Shown: positions 39,729 to 49,221 of the stretch, piece by piece
Position numbering within the stretch: position 1 is the stretch's first letter
How the letters are laid out: the number at the start of each line of letters is the position of its first letter
NCBI GenBank assembly: GCA_963812755.1
Contig: CAWEWK010000005.1
Location: 498,432 to 562,431 of the forward strand
Origin: an uncultured Gemmatimonadales bacterium
Lineage (GTDB): Bacteria > Gemmatimonadota > Gemmatimonadetes > Gemmatimonadales > GWC2-71-9
Length of the DNA: 64,000 nt
Reading direction: 5' to 3'
Made by a program: the position numbers and the translations under genes
The notes under the pieces: generated by a model
What the model was told of the DNA's origin: nothing
What the model saw: the letters and a program-made list of their open reading frames with translations, nothing else
Databases searched by the model: none

Positions 39729-41561
39729 TTACGACGGCTGGGTTGGCGGCGGCGCCACCGGCTGCTGCTGAAGCACCTTCTCCCGGTTGTCCACCACCTT
39801 GGCCGCGTCCCGTAGCGCTCCGATGTAGCTCCGCACCCGATCCTGCCGCGCCAGAGTGAGCATCTGGGGCCGGTACTCATCCAGCCCCTTCACGAAGGCT
39901 GCTGAATCCGCCTTGGTGTGCTCCAGGACCTCCAAGACGTAGATCCCGTCCTTCGCGTTGATCAACCCGCTTCGCTTGCCGACGTCGATTCCGAAGGCCG
40001 CTCCCACCACTACCGGGTCGGTAACCGGGGGGTTGATCCTGCTGAACGGGCCAAATTCGCGGTAAGGCAGCTTCATCGCTTCCGCTGCCTGAGCCATGCT
40101 GCTTCCCGCCGCGAGCCGAGTGAGATACTGCTCGGCCAGCTTCTGTCCCTGGGCCTTCTTTTTCTCGCTCCGCAAGGCGAACTCCACCCCGCGCCGAATC
40201 TCGGCCAGCGGCGGGACGCCCTCGGCGCGCAGGCTGTCGAGCCGGAAGACGTAATAGGCGATCGAGGTTTCGATGACCGGGCTGGTGGAACCGGGCTTGC
40301 TTTGGAAAGCCCAGATACCGGCGTCGGGAACGGCGAGCTGTCCCAGCTGCACCTTGGTGCCCTTCTGAACCGGTCCGGACTTCCCTACCGGCAATTTGAG
40401 GGCGCGGGCCGCCGTGTCCAATGCGGCCGGGTCGGTGCGCTCCGCCGCCAGGCGTTCCAGGCTGTCGGCCTGGGCATCCAGCAGGTCACGGTGGGCCCCG
40501 GTGACCTCGATCGGGATCAGAATGTGACGACCCTTGGCCTTCTTACCCTTCCGGCTGGTCATCTCGATCAGGTGGAACCCGAACTGGGACAGCACCGGCT
40601 GGGACACGGTGTTCAGGGGCATGGCGAATGCCGCCGAGTCAAAGGCGGGATCCATCGAGCCGCGGGTCCACTCGGGCAGGTTCCCGCCGTTGACCGCGGT
40701 GCCGCTATCGGCGGATTCCCGGCGGGCCACCTCGTCAAAGGGTGCTCCGCCGGCGATCTCGGCTCGCACCGAATCCGCCCGGGCGCGGGACGCCGCGGTG
40801 TCGGCCGCGGTGATCAGGCGGGGTAGGGCGACGAAGCTCAAGAACGCCGTCGCCGGTCGTTTGAACTCGTCCTGATGATTCTTGTAGTAGGTCGTGACCT
40901 CGGCGTCGCTCAGCTTCACCGCCGAATCCGGAACCGAGTTGCCCGGGATGATCGCCGCCAGCCCGATCTTGACCTTCTCATGCTCGTCGCGATACTGCTC
41001 CCACAGCGCCGGGTCGGACAGGTAGACGTCGGCGGTGACCACCCGGAGGAGCTTGGAGCGCCGCAGTTGATCTCGATACTGGGACTCCAGCGCCGGGAGA
41101 TACTGGGCCGCCACGCTCGAGGTCAGCCAGCGCTGGTATTTGCCCAGGTCGAACTGACTGTCGGTCTGGAACTCCGGAATCTTCTGGAAGTCAGACGGGG
41201 GAGAGTTGCGCAACGCCTGAACGATTTCATCGTAGGAGACCTCGATCCCGCGACGGCGATACTCGGCGTCGAGTACGGTGTTCTGGACAAACTGCTCCCA
41301 AACCTGGTCCTGGATCTGGTTTCGCTCCTCCAGCCCGAGGGCGCCGGGAGACTGTTGTTGCTGGTTGTCGATGGTCTGCTGTACCGCGGTCTGGAAAGTC
41401 CGGGCGTCGATGCTCTGGCCGTTCACCTTCCCCACCGAGGTGGTGGTGAGCAGGCCGGTGCCGCTGGTGATCCCGCTGAGATCGAGCACCAGCCAGGCGA
41501 AGAAAGTGAACGCGACGACCACCATGAGGGGCTTGGCCGCGTTGCGGAAGGCTTGCATCAT
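39729..41561 (-). CDS. ppiD: periplasmic chaperone / peptidyl-prolyl isomerase PpiD-like
   Basis: N-terminal membrane anchor (PLMVVVAFTFFAWLVL), SurA-like helical regions and a parvulin segment (KGRHILI). Confidence 0.8.
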   Translation of the reverse strand: MMQAFRNAAKPLMVVVAFTFFAWLVLDLSGITSGTGLLTTTSVGKVNGQSIDARTFQTAVQQTIDNQQQQSPGALGLEERNQIQDQVWEQFVQNTVLDAEYRRRGIEVSYDEIVQALRNSPPSDFQKIPEFQTDSQFDLGKYQRWLTSSVAAQYLPALESQYRDQLRRSKLLRVVTADVYLSDPALWEQYRDEHEKVKIGLAAIIPGNSVPDSAVKLSDAEVTTYYKNHQDEFKRPATAFLSFVALPRLITAADTAASRARADSVRAEIAGGAPFDEVARRESADSGTAVNGGNLPEWTRGSMDPAFDSAAFAMPLNTVSQPVLSQFGFHLIEMTSRKGKKAKGRHILIPIEVTGAHRDLLDAQADSLERLAAERTDPAALDTAARALKLPVGKSGPVQKGTKVQLGQLAVPDAGIWAFQSKPGSTSPVIETSIAYYVFRLDSLRAEGVPPLAEIRRGVEFALRSEKKKAQGQKLAEQYLTRLAAGSSMAQAAEAMKLPYREFGPFSRINPPVTDPVVVGAAFGIDVGKRSGLINAKDGIYVLEVLEHTKADSAAFVKGLDEYRPQMLTLARQDRVRSYIGALRDAAKVVDNREKVLQQQPVAPPPTQPS

Positions 41562-41652
41562 AGAACCCCGAACTCCCGGACCTGAGGTGGCAAAAGAGCA
41601 GTAAGTTTAAGCCGGGTCGCACAGAACCTCAAGGCACGACGCCGGTTAGCAG

Positions 41653-41681
41653 TTGACAGGCAGGGGATGGATTGCTAGTCT
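41653..41681 (+). promoter_or_regulatory. candidate sigma70-type promoter
   Basis: TTGACA (41653-41658), a 17-nt spacer, then TAGTCT (41676-41681), about 70 nt upstream of ATG 41754. Confidence 0.4.
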
Positions 41682-41753
41682 CAGCAGATTGCCCCGCAAC
41701 CCGCATTGAACGGTCGTTCGCGCCACGATCCAGACCGCGCCACCCGAGAGCCG

Positions 41754-43295
41754 ATGGCACTTAGCGAGATCGAAAAACTCGAGCGCCGTTACGCCGAGAA
41801 TCCCCAGGGACTCACCTTCGCTCCCCTGGCCGAGGTTCACCGCAAGAACGGCGACGTCACCCGCGCGCTGGAACTGCTGAAGCCCGGGCTGGCCCTGCAT
41901 CCCGACTATACCCCGGCCAGTATTGTGCTGGGACGGTGCCATCTGGATCTCGGCGACCTGTCGGCCGCCGAAACCGCCTTCACCAAAGTGCTGGCCCTCG
42001 ATGGCGAGAACGTGATCGCGCTTAAGGCCCTGGCCGACATCGGCGAGCGGCTGCACCGGTTCGACGATGCCGAGCGGTGGCTCCGCCAACTGTTGGCCGT
42101 CGACCGCAGCAACGACGAGGCACGAGACCAGCTCGCTCGGGTCGAGATGGCCCGCACCCAGACCGCGACAGCTTCGGCCGATCCTGCGGCCGCTTCCGCA
42201 ACGGCCGCCGTCCCCGAGCCGGAGTCGCCACCTGTCGCCGAGGTCTCCTCGGAGGCCTCGGCCGACACCTCCGCCGAACAAACGCCGTCGCCCCCTCCGC
42301 TACTATTCGAGCCCACTCCGGCACCCGAATTCGCTGAGCCTTCGCCGCTCCTGATGGAGGACTTGGAGCTCGCTTCCCTCTCGTCGGAAGATCTGGAACC
42401 GCCCCCGGAAGGCCTCCAGGTGGAGGAACCTCCGTCGATCGAAGAGGAGGTCGAGCCTTTGTCCGGTCTGGTGGGCCGAGACCTCGATGCCGACACTCAG
42501 CTGGGCGAGGAATTCAGCGTAGAGACCAGCGAAGACATCGTCCTCCGCAGCGAAGGCGGCGGCGAATTCCAAGTGCCCAACGCATCGGAGGAGCTGTTCG
42601 CTCGGGGTCGCGATTTCTCCCCCTTCGAAGAAGAGGCGCCCCTGCGATCGGCCTCGCTCGCGGAAAGCGAACCCGAGGCGCCGGCCGATGTCCCACTGGC
42701 CGATGTCCCACCGACCGAGGTCCCGCCGGTCGCAGTGCCGCCGGTCGAGCCGGAGCTGGTAGTCACCGAAACCATGGCGGAGGTACTGCTTAATCAGGGA
42801 CATCCGTCGGAAGCGTTGCGGGTCTACCGGGAGCTGGACATGCGGAGTACCGGTGACCCTCGATTTCGCGAAAAAATCGCCGAGCTGGAGGCCAAGACCC
42901 CGCCGCCGGCGCGACGGGCGTACAGTGTCGAGGAAACCCAGGGTCGGCCGGTAAGGGCGTTTCTCCGCGACCTTCTGGCGGCCCGGCCGCCGACATTAGC
43001 ATCGGCACCCCCAGCCCAAAGTATTCCAACCGTCGCTCCGGCTCCCCCCACTGCCGGCGCTCCTACTCGTCCCGCCGCGGAGGCTCTATCACTCAGCTCC
43101 GTATTCGGCGAGGAAACCACGCCATCACCTCCCGCGGTGCCTGCTGCAGGCAGCCAGGAAGCCGGCGAGGTCTCCTTCGATGAGTTCTTCAGCCCGCCGG
43201 CCGCAGGTGGCGCGCCGCGGGCCTCCCGGGCTCCCGACCCCAAGACCGACGATCTCGACCAGTTTCACGCCTGGCTGCAGAACCTGAAGCGCTAG
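41754..43295 (+). CDS. TPR repeat protein with acidic/proline-rich centre
   Basis: ATG 41754. N-terminal TPRs (ALELLKPGLALHPDY, AETAFTKVLALDGEN), a long low-complexity E/P/A/S region and a short C-terminal TPR-like unit (ALRVYRELD). Confidence 0.7.
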   Translation: MALSEIEKLERRYAENPQGLTFAPLAEVHRKNGDVTRALELLKPGLALHPDYTPASIVLGRCHLDLGDLSAAETAFTKVLALDGENVIALKALADIGERLHRFDDAERWLRQLLAVDRSNDEARDQLARVEMARTQTATASADPAAASATAAVPEPESPPVAEVSSEASADTSAEQTPSPPPLLFEPTPAPEFAEPSPLLMEDLELASLSSEDLEPPPEGLQVEEPPSIEEEVEPLSGLVGRDLDADTQLGEEFSVETSEDIVLRSEGGGEFQVPNASEELFARGRDFSPFEEEAPLRSASLAESEPEAPADVPLADVPPTEVPPVAVPPVEPELVVTETMAEVLLNQGHPSEALRVYRELDMRSTGDPRFREKIAELEAKTPPPARRAYSVEETQGRPVRAFLRDLLAARPPTLASAPPAQSIPTVAPAPPTAGAPTRPAAEALSLSSVFGEETTPSPPAVPAAGSQEAGEVSFDEFFSPPAAGGAPRASRAPDPKTDDLDQFHAWLQNLKR

Positions 43296-43733
43296 ATGCG
43301 GATCGCGGTACTCAACGGTCCCAACCTCAACCTCTTGGGGCAGCGGGAGCCGGAGTTGTACGGGCGAATTACGCTCGCCCAAATCGAGGCCATGGTACGC
43401 GACGCGGCGCGGGCGGAGGGTGCGGAGATCGACTGGTTTCAGACCAATCATGAAGGTGACCTGGTCGACGCGGTGCAGAAGCTCAAGGGTCGGGTGGATG
43501 GAGCGCTGATCAACGCCGCCGCCCTGACCCACTCGAGCCTGGCCCTGCGCGACGCTCTGCTCGCGGTCAAGGTCCCCTTCGTCGAGCTGCACCTCTCGAA
43601 CATTTTTGCCCGCGAGCCCGAGCGGAGGCACTCGGTGATCGCGGACCTGGCAATCGGCCTGGTTACCGGCTTCGGTGCGCAGAGCTACCTCCTGGCGCTA
43701 CAGGCGCTGGTAGGGCGTCTGCGTGCCACCTGA
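43296..43733 (+). CDS. aroQ: type II 3-dehydroquinate dehydratase
   Basis: LNGPNLNLLGQREPELYG, HEGDLVD and ELHLSNIFAREPERRHS. Confidence 0.93.
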   Translation: MRIAVLNGPNLNLLGQREPELYGRITLAQIEAMVRDAARAEGAEIDWFQTNHEGDLVDAVQKLKGRVDGALINAAALTHSSLALRDALLAVKVPFVELHLSNIFAREPERRHSVIADLAIGLVTGFGAQSYLLALQALVGRLRAT

Positions 43734-44811
43734 CCGCCGGGTCGAACGGCAGGCCGCACTTCGACTCGCGCTGGAGCAGGAAGGGTTGGAGCGGTTGCTG
43801 GTCACCCACCTGCCCAACATCCGGTATCTGACCGGCTTCACCGGTTCCGCGGCGTTGCTGGTGGTCCGCGCCGGGTCCACCGTCCTGATCACCGACTATC
43901 GCTATGCGGCTCAGGCCCCGGCCGAGGTCGGCTCAGCGGCCGCGGTGGAAGTGGATCAGAAGAGCGTCTGGGAACGGCTGGGCCGAGTGCTGGCGGGTGA
44001 GCCGACAGCCAGCCTGGGTGTCGAAGCTCATTCGATCAGCGTGCGGGACGCGGAGCGAGTGAGCGGGATCGCCCGCTCTCCGGTGATACCGACCAACGAG
44101 CTGGTCGAACGGCTGCGGGTAGTCAAAGCTCCCGAGGAGGTGGCGGCGATCCGGTCGGCTGCGAGGTTGGCGCAGGAGGCGCTGGCGGAGGTTCTGCCGA
44201 CTGTCCGAGTCGGCCAGACCGAGCGGGAAGTCGGCGCCAACCTGGAGCTGGCCCTGCGCCGCAGGGGCAGTGAGTGGCACCCGTTCCCCACGATCGTGGC
44301 ATCGGGCCCGCGCTCGGCCCTGCCCCACGCGCGTACCAGCGACCGCGCGATCGGGACCGGGGAGTGGTTGCTGCTTGACTTCGGCGCGCAGGTCGACGGA
44401 TACTGCGCCGATCTGACCCGCACAGTCGTTGTAGGCGCACGAGCCGACGAACGGCAACGGACCATCCACGAGTTGGTTCGCTCGGCCCAGGCCAGAGCCG
44501 TCGAGCACCTGGCGGCCGGCATGACCGGGCGGGAAGCCGACGCGCTCGCCCGCGACGTCATTGCCGCGCGAGGGTTCGGCGACGCCTTCGGGCACTCGCT
44601 GGGCCATGGGCTGGGTCTGGAGGTGCACGAGGCGCCGCGACTCGCGCCGACCGCGGAGGCACCTTTGCCCGTCCACGCGGTAGTCACCGTCGAGCCCGGC
44701 GTCTATCTTCCGGGCTGGGGCGGGGTTCGGTTGGAGGACGACGTGTACCTGAGCCCCGCCGGGCCGGAGCGCCTTTCCGATGGTCGTACCGAGTTGATCG
44801 AGCTGGTGTAA
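43723..44811 (+). CDS. pepP: Xaa-Pro aminopeptidase (M24B)
   Basis: DFGAQVDGYCADLTRT, HSLGHGLGLEVHEAP and VTVEPGVY metal ligand motifs. Confidence 0.9.
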   Translation: MPPDRRVERQAALRLALEQEGLERLLVTHLPNIRYLTGFTGSAALLVVRAGSTVLITDYRYAAQAPAEVGSAAAVEVDQKSVWERLGRVLAGEPTASLGVEAHSISVRDAERVSGIARSPVIPTNELVERLRVVKAPEEVAAIRSAARLAQEALAEVLPTVRVGQTEREVGANLELALRRRGSEWHPFPTIVASGPRSALPHARTSDRAIGTGEWLLLDFGAQVDGYCADLTRTVVVGARADERQRTIHELVRSAQARAVEHLAAGMTGREADALARDVIAARGFGDAFGHSLGHGLGLEVHEAPRLAPTAEAPLPVHAVVTVEPGVYLPGWGGVRLEDDVYLSPAGPERLSDGRTELIELV

Positions 44812-44851
44812 GCAGTGTCATCCTTGGGATGACAACCCTGGGATACCGACA

Positions 44852-45412
44852 ATGGCTACCACCGCGGATTTCAAAAACGGTCTGGTGCTCGATATCGACG
44901 GCCAGCTTTTTCAGCTCGTCTACTTCCAGCACGTCAAACCGGGCAAGGGCGGAGCGTTCGTCCGGACCAAGCTCAAGAACATCCGTACCGGCGCCGTGCT
45001 GGACCGGACGTATAACGCGGGGGAGCGGGTGATTGACGTCCGGCTGCAGCGCCGGCCGATGCAGTTCTCCTACGGCGATGGGCACTTCTACCACTTTATG
45101 GACCAGCAGACCTTCGACGACATCATGCTCACCGACGACGTGATCGGTCGTGATCAGCTCAAGTACCTGAAGGAAGGGATGGAGTGCGAGGGGCTGGTGC
45201 ATGAGGATCGGGTCATCCAGGTCGAGCTGCCGGTCTTCGTCGAGCTCACCGTCACCCGCACCGATCCCGGGGTTCGGGGCGACACCGCCGCCGGCGCGAC
45301 CAAGCCGGCTATGCTCGAGACCGGCGCCACGGTGCAGGTCCCGCTCTTCGTCGAGGAGGGCCAAGTGATTCGGGTTGACCGGCGCGACGACAAATACCTC
45401 ACCCGCGTATGA
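44852..45412 (+). CDS. efp: elongation factor P
   Basis: DFKNGLVLDIDGQLFQLVYFQHVKPGKGGAFVRTKLKN. Confidence 0.97.
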   Translation: MATTADFKNGLVLDIDGQLFQLVYFQHVKPGKGGAFVRTKLKNIRTGAVLDRTYNAGERVIDVRLQRRPMQFSYGDGHFYHFMDQQTFDDIMLTDDVIGRDQLKYLKEGMECEGLVHEDRVIQVELPVFVELTVTRTDPGVRGDTAAGATKPAMLETGATVQVPLFVEEGQVIRVDRRDDKYLTRV

Positions 45413-45948
45413 CGCCTCAAGAGCTGAAGGAGATGAAGCAGCTGGCCGAGCTGCTCCAGGGCGTCCCCGGCATCAAGTCGATCGAGCTGAAGGACGTGAA
45501 GGGCCTCGCCCAGCTACTGCGGGAGTCGCCCGAGATTGGGTCCATCGAGGTCAAGGGGTGGTTTGGGAGTGGGGTAGTGATCACCCGGACCCAGGCTGCC
45601 CCGATCTATGCTCCCGCGCCGGTTTCGATTGCCTCCACCTCGCCGCCGGCCGCGCACCCGGCGGGCGAGACCGATCACCGGGAGCCGCCGCGGGCTGCCC
45701 CCGCGCTCAAGGAGATCAAGTCCCCCATGGTGGGGACCTTCTACAAGTCACCCGAGCCCGGCGCCGAGCCCTATGTGAAGGTCGGCGGCCGAATCAGCCC
45801 CGGACAGACGGTGTGCATCATCGAAGCGATGAAGATCATGAACGAGATCGAGGCCGAGATTGCCGGCGTGGTCCGCGAGGTGTCGGTGGAAGACTCGCAG
45901 CCGGTCGAATTCGGCCAGGTCCTCTTCCGGGTTGATCCCAATGGCTGA
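45409..45948 (+). CDS. accB: acetyl-CoA carboxylase biotin carboxyl carrier protein
   Basis: Biotinylation motif CIIEAMKIMNEIEAE. ATGA overlap with efp. Confidence 0.93.
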   Translation: MTPQELKEMKQLAELLQGVPGIKSIELKDVKGLAQLLRESPEIGSIEVKGWFGSGVVITRTQAAPIYAPAPVSIASTSPPAAHPAGETDHREPPRAAPALKEIKSPMVGTFYKSPEPGAEPYVKVGGRISPGQTVCIIEAMKIMNEIEAEIAGVVREVSVEDSQPVEFGQVLFRVDPNG

Positions 45949-47122
45949 GACTTCTACGGCAGCCGGCGCGCCGGCCAGCAGCTTCAATTTCAAGAACACC
46001 ATCGGGCAGATGGTGCAGCGCAACGCCTCCGACCTGCTGCTCAAGGTCGGACGCCCGCCCACCGTGCGGGTCAACGGTGAGCTGCTGGGGCTGGAGATGC
46101 CGCCGCTCAAGCCCGAGGACCTCAAGATGCTGGCCGAGCAGGTGATGACGCCGCGCCAGGTCAAGGAGTTCGCCGAAAAGAAGGAGGCGGACTTCGCCAT
46201 CGGAGTGCCTGGGGTGGGGCGGTTCCGCACCAACGTCTACCAGCAGCGTGGCACCCTCGCCTTCGCCTTCCGGGCCATCCCCTACGAGGTGAAGACCATC
46301 ACCGAGCTGCATTTGCCCGAGGTGTTGGAGGAGATCGCGCTGCGGGCCCGCGGCCTGGTGCTGGTGACCGGGGTGACCGGTTCGGGCAAGTCCACGGCGC
46401 TGGCCGCGATGATCAACCACGTCAACCAGAATCGACGGGTCAACGTCATTACCATCGAAGATCCGATCGAGTTTCTGCATCGCGACGTGATGTCCAACAT
46501 CTCTCAACGCGAGGTGGGCAGCGACACCCTCTCCTTCGGCTCGGCCTTGCGTCACGTGCTGCGGCAGGACCCGGACGTGATCCTCATCGGCGAGATCCGC
46601 GACCTGGAGACGCTGGACACGGCACTCAAGGCGGCCGACACCGGGCACCTGGTGTTCTCCACGCTTCACACCACCGACACCACCCAGACCATCAACCGGA
46701 TCATCTCCTTCTACCCGCCGTACCAGCACCAGGAGATCAGGATGCTGCTCGCCACGGCGCTCCAGGCCGTGGTGTCGCTCAGGCTGGTGCCCCGGGCGGA
46801 CGGCCGGGGTCGGGTGCCTGCGGCGGAGGTCCTGATCAACACTGCCGCTGTAGCCGACAACATGCGCGACATCGAAAAGGCGTTGAATATCCCCGACCTG
46901 ATCGCCGGGGGCACGGTGTCCTATGGGATGCAGTCGTTCGATCAGTCGCTGATGAAGTGGTTCAAGGACGGGATGATCTCCTACGAGAGCGCGCTGTTCT
47001 ACTCCTCCAACCCCAGCGAGTTCGCCCTCCGGGTCTCGGGCGTGGACTCGGCGTCGGACCGCACGTTCACCGAGATCACCGGGGATTCGACAGCACCCCG
47101 GTCGCTGGACCTGACTCCCTAG
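45941..47122 (+). CDS. pilT: PilT-family type IV pilus retraction ATPase
   Basis: Walker A GVTGSGKST, Walker B DPDVILIGEIRD and His box TGHLVFSTLHT. The ATG overlaps the accB stop by 8 nt. Confidence 0.9.
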   Translation: MAETSTAAGAPASSFNFKNTIGQMVQRNASDLLLKVGRPPTVRVNGELLGLEMPPLKPEDLKMLAEQVMTPRQVKEFAEKKEADFAIGVPGVGRFRTNVYQQRGTLAFAFRAIPYEVKTITELHLPEVLEEIALRARGLVLVTGVTGSGKSTALAAMINHVNQNRRVNVITIEDPIEFLHRDVMSNISQREVGSDTLSFGSALRHVLRQDPDVILIGEIRDLETLDTALKAADTGHLVFSTLHTTDTTQTINRIISFYPPYQHQEIRMLLATALQAVVSLRLVPRADGRGRVPAAEVLINTAAVADNMRDIEKALNIPDLIAGGTVSYGMQSFDQSLMKWFKDGMISYESALFYSSNPSEFALRVSGVDSASDRTFTEITGDSTAPRSLDLTP

Positions 47123-48481
47123 ATGTTCAAGAAGGTGCTCATCGCCAACCGCGGGGAAATCGCCTTGCGGGTCATTCGAGCGTGCCGCGAGCTGGGCATC
47201 GCGACGGTGGCGGTGTATAGCGAAGCCGATCGAGAGTCGTTGCACGTCCGCTTCGCGGACGACGACGTCTGTATCGGCCCGCCCCCCAGCCGTCTCTCCT
47301 ACCTTCGCATTCCCAGCCTGATTGCCGCCGCCGAAATCACCGGGGCCGACGCGATCCACCCCGGCTACGGCTTCCTGGCAGAGAACGCCGAGTTCGCCGA
47401 GACCTGCCGGGCGTCCAACATCACCTTCATCGGCCCCACCGGGGAGCAGATCCGGCAGATGGGCGACAAGGCGACGGCCCGGCGGCTGGCGCAAGAGGCC
47501 GGGGTGCCCACCGTCCCCGGTTCCCCCGGCACCATCGAGGACGTCGACGAAGCAGTGGCCTTTGCCGGCGAGATCGGATTTCCGGTCATCATCAAGGCGA
47601 CGGCGGGCGGTGGCGGGAAGGGCATGCGCATCGCGCTCGACCCGGATCAGTTCCCTCAGCTCTTCGGGCTGGCCCAGAACGAGGCCCTCGCCGCCTTCGG
47701 AAACGGGTCGGTCTACGTCGAGAAATATCTGGAGCATCCCCGGCATGTCGAGATTCAGGTCATGGGCGATTGCGCCGGACGGGTGGTCCATTTCGGCGAG
47801 CGGGACTGCTCGGTGCAGCGCCGGCACCAGAAGCTGATCGAGGAAAGTCCCAGTCCGGCTCTGACCCAGGACCTGCGCGACCAGATGGGGCGGGCGGCAG
47901 TGGCCCTGGCCGCCAACATCGGCTACATCGGAGCGGGGACCCTGGAGTTCCTGCTCGATACCGACGGCAGCTTCTACTTCATGGAGATGAATACCCGGAT
48001 CCAGGTGGAGCATCCGGTCACCGAGATGGTGACCAGTTTCGATTTGGTGAAGGAGCAGATCCGGGTGGCCGCCGGAGAGCGCATCAGCTTTCAGGGCGAC
48101 GGACGGCGGCTGCGGGGCCACGCGATCGAGTGCCGGATCAATGCGGAAGATCCCTACCGCAACTTTCAGCCGTCTCCCGGGCTCATCACCGCCTACCATC
48201 CTCCGGGTGGGCCGGGCGTTCGGGTGGACACGCACGTCTACGACGGCTACACCGTGCCGCCCTACTACGACTCGCTCCTGGCCAAGGTCATCGTCCACGG
48301 CAACGATCGGGGAGAGGCGCTGAGCCGCATGGGGCAGGCGCTGGACAGCTTCATTCTGGAAGGCGTCACGACCACCATACCCTTCCTCGCACGGGTCATC
48401 CGCCATCCGTCCTTCGTCGCCGGCGAGGTGGACACCCGTTTTCTCGAGCGGGAGTCACAGCTCCTTCGCCCTGACGCATGA
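47123..48481 (+). CDS. accC: acetyl-CoA carboxylase biotin carboxylase
   Basis: [21 protein letters not shown], an ATP-grasp region and [14 protein letters not shown]. The ATG directly follows the pilT TAG. Confidence 0.97.
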   Translation: MFKKVLIANRGEIALRVIRACRELGIATVAVYSEADRESLHVRFADDDVCIGPPPSRLSYLRIPSLIAAAEITGADAIHPGYGFLAENAEFAETCRASNITFIGPTGEQIRQMGDKATARRLAQEAGVPTVPGSPGTIEDVDEAVAFAGEIGFPVIIKATAGGGGKGMRIALDPDQFPQLFGLAQNEALAAFGNGSVYVEKYLEHPRHVEIQVMGDCAGRVVHFGERDCSVQRRHQKLIEESPSPALTQDLRDQMGRAAVALAANIGYIGAGTLEFLLDTDGSFYFMEMNTRIQVEHPVTEMVTSFDLVKEQIRVAAGERISFQGDGRRLRGHAIECRINAEDPYRNFQPSPGLITAYHPPGGPGVRVDTHVYDGYTVPPYYDSLLAKVIVHGNDRGEALSRMGQALDSFILEGVTTTIPFLARVIRHPSFVAGEVDTRFLERESQLLRPDA

Positions 48482-49221
48482 GGCTTGACGTCGCCTTCAC
48501 CCCAGCCGGCCTGACCCCAACAGAGGTCCAGGGCCGGACGGTGTTCGTGATCGACATCCTTCGCGCCACCACATCGATGTGCGCCGCGCTGAGCCGCGGG
48601 GCCAAGTCGATCATCCCGGTCGCCTCGACCGAGGAGGCGCTGAAGCTGGCCCAGACCATCGGCAGCACCGATGTGCTGTTGGCGGGCGAGAAGGACTGCC
48701 TCCGCATTCCTGGATTCCAGCTCGGCAACAGCCCGCTCGAGATGACCGAGGGCACGGTGCGAGGAAAGACGGTCGTCATCGCCACCACCAATGGCACCAA
48801 AGCCTTGCTCGCCAGCCAGGGCGCCGCCGCGGCTTACGCCACCGGCGCGGCCAACCTCACGGTGTCCGGAGAGCGGGCTCGGGAGGCGTTGGAGCAGAAG
48901 AGTGACGTCCTCATCGTCTGTGCGGGACGGGACGGCGCGTTCTCCTTGGACGACGCCTATTGTGCCGGCCGGCTCGCCGTGGCCGCGCTGGGCGGCCGGA
49001 GACCGCGGCGCGGGCTCAACGATGCCGCCATCGCCGCGCTGGATCTGGTCCGGCGGTACGGCGACGACTGGCGGCGGCCGCTGCTCTACAGCCGAGCCGG
49101 CCGGGAGCTGATCCGGCTGGGCTTCCGCTACGATGTACTGGATGCCGCCCGCCTCGATGCCTACCCGGTACTGGCTCACTTCCACGAACGGCGGGTCACA
49201 CTCGCGCCGGTTCCGGTATGA
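48478..49221 (+). CDS. 2-phosphosulfolactate phosphatase family protein (ComB-like)
   Basis: [13 protein letters not shown] and [15 protein letters not shown] overlap with accC. Confidence 0.75.
   Translation: MRLDVAFTPAGLTPTEVQGRTVFVIDILRATTSMCAALSRGAKSIIPVASTEEALKLAQTIGSTDVLLAGEKDCLRIPGFQLGNSPLEMTEGTVRGKTVVIATTNGTKALLASQGAAAAYATGAANLTVSGERAREALEQKSDVLIVCAGRDGAFSLDDAYCAGRLAVAALGGRRPRRGLNDAAIAALDLVRRYGDDWRRPLLYSRAGRELIRLGFRYDVLDAARLDAYPVLAHFHERRVTLAPVPV

Noticed and set aside
47840-47850. GAGGAAAGTCC, identical to the conserved RNase P RNA P4-region motif.
   Set aside because: It lies inside accC, where it encodes the conserved IEESP segment. No surrounding RNase P-like structure is present.
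45836-48406. An 856-aa ORF on the minus strand, antisense to pilT and accC.
   Set aside because: The plus strand carries unmistakable PilT and AccC motifs. The antisense product is Arg/Gly/Pro/Asp-rich with no motifs, which is typical of stop-poor antisense frames in GC-rich DNA.
48960-49217. A long N-terminal extension of the ftsK ORF (from 48960) overlapping the ComB-like gene. Similar upstream extensions occur at 3267, 20685, 26798, 28314, 35975, 51163, 55987 and 61210.
   Set aside because: The extensions overlap the preceding well-supported gene and are Arg/Pro-rich. In each case an internal start at a stop/start overlap or behind an RBS yields a sensible N-terminus (signal peptide or conserved motif).
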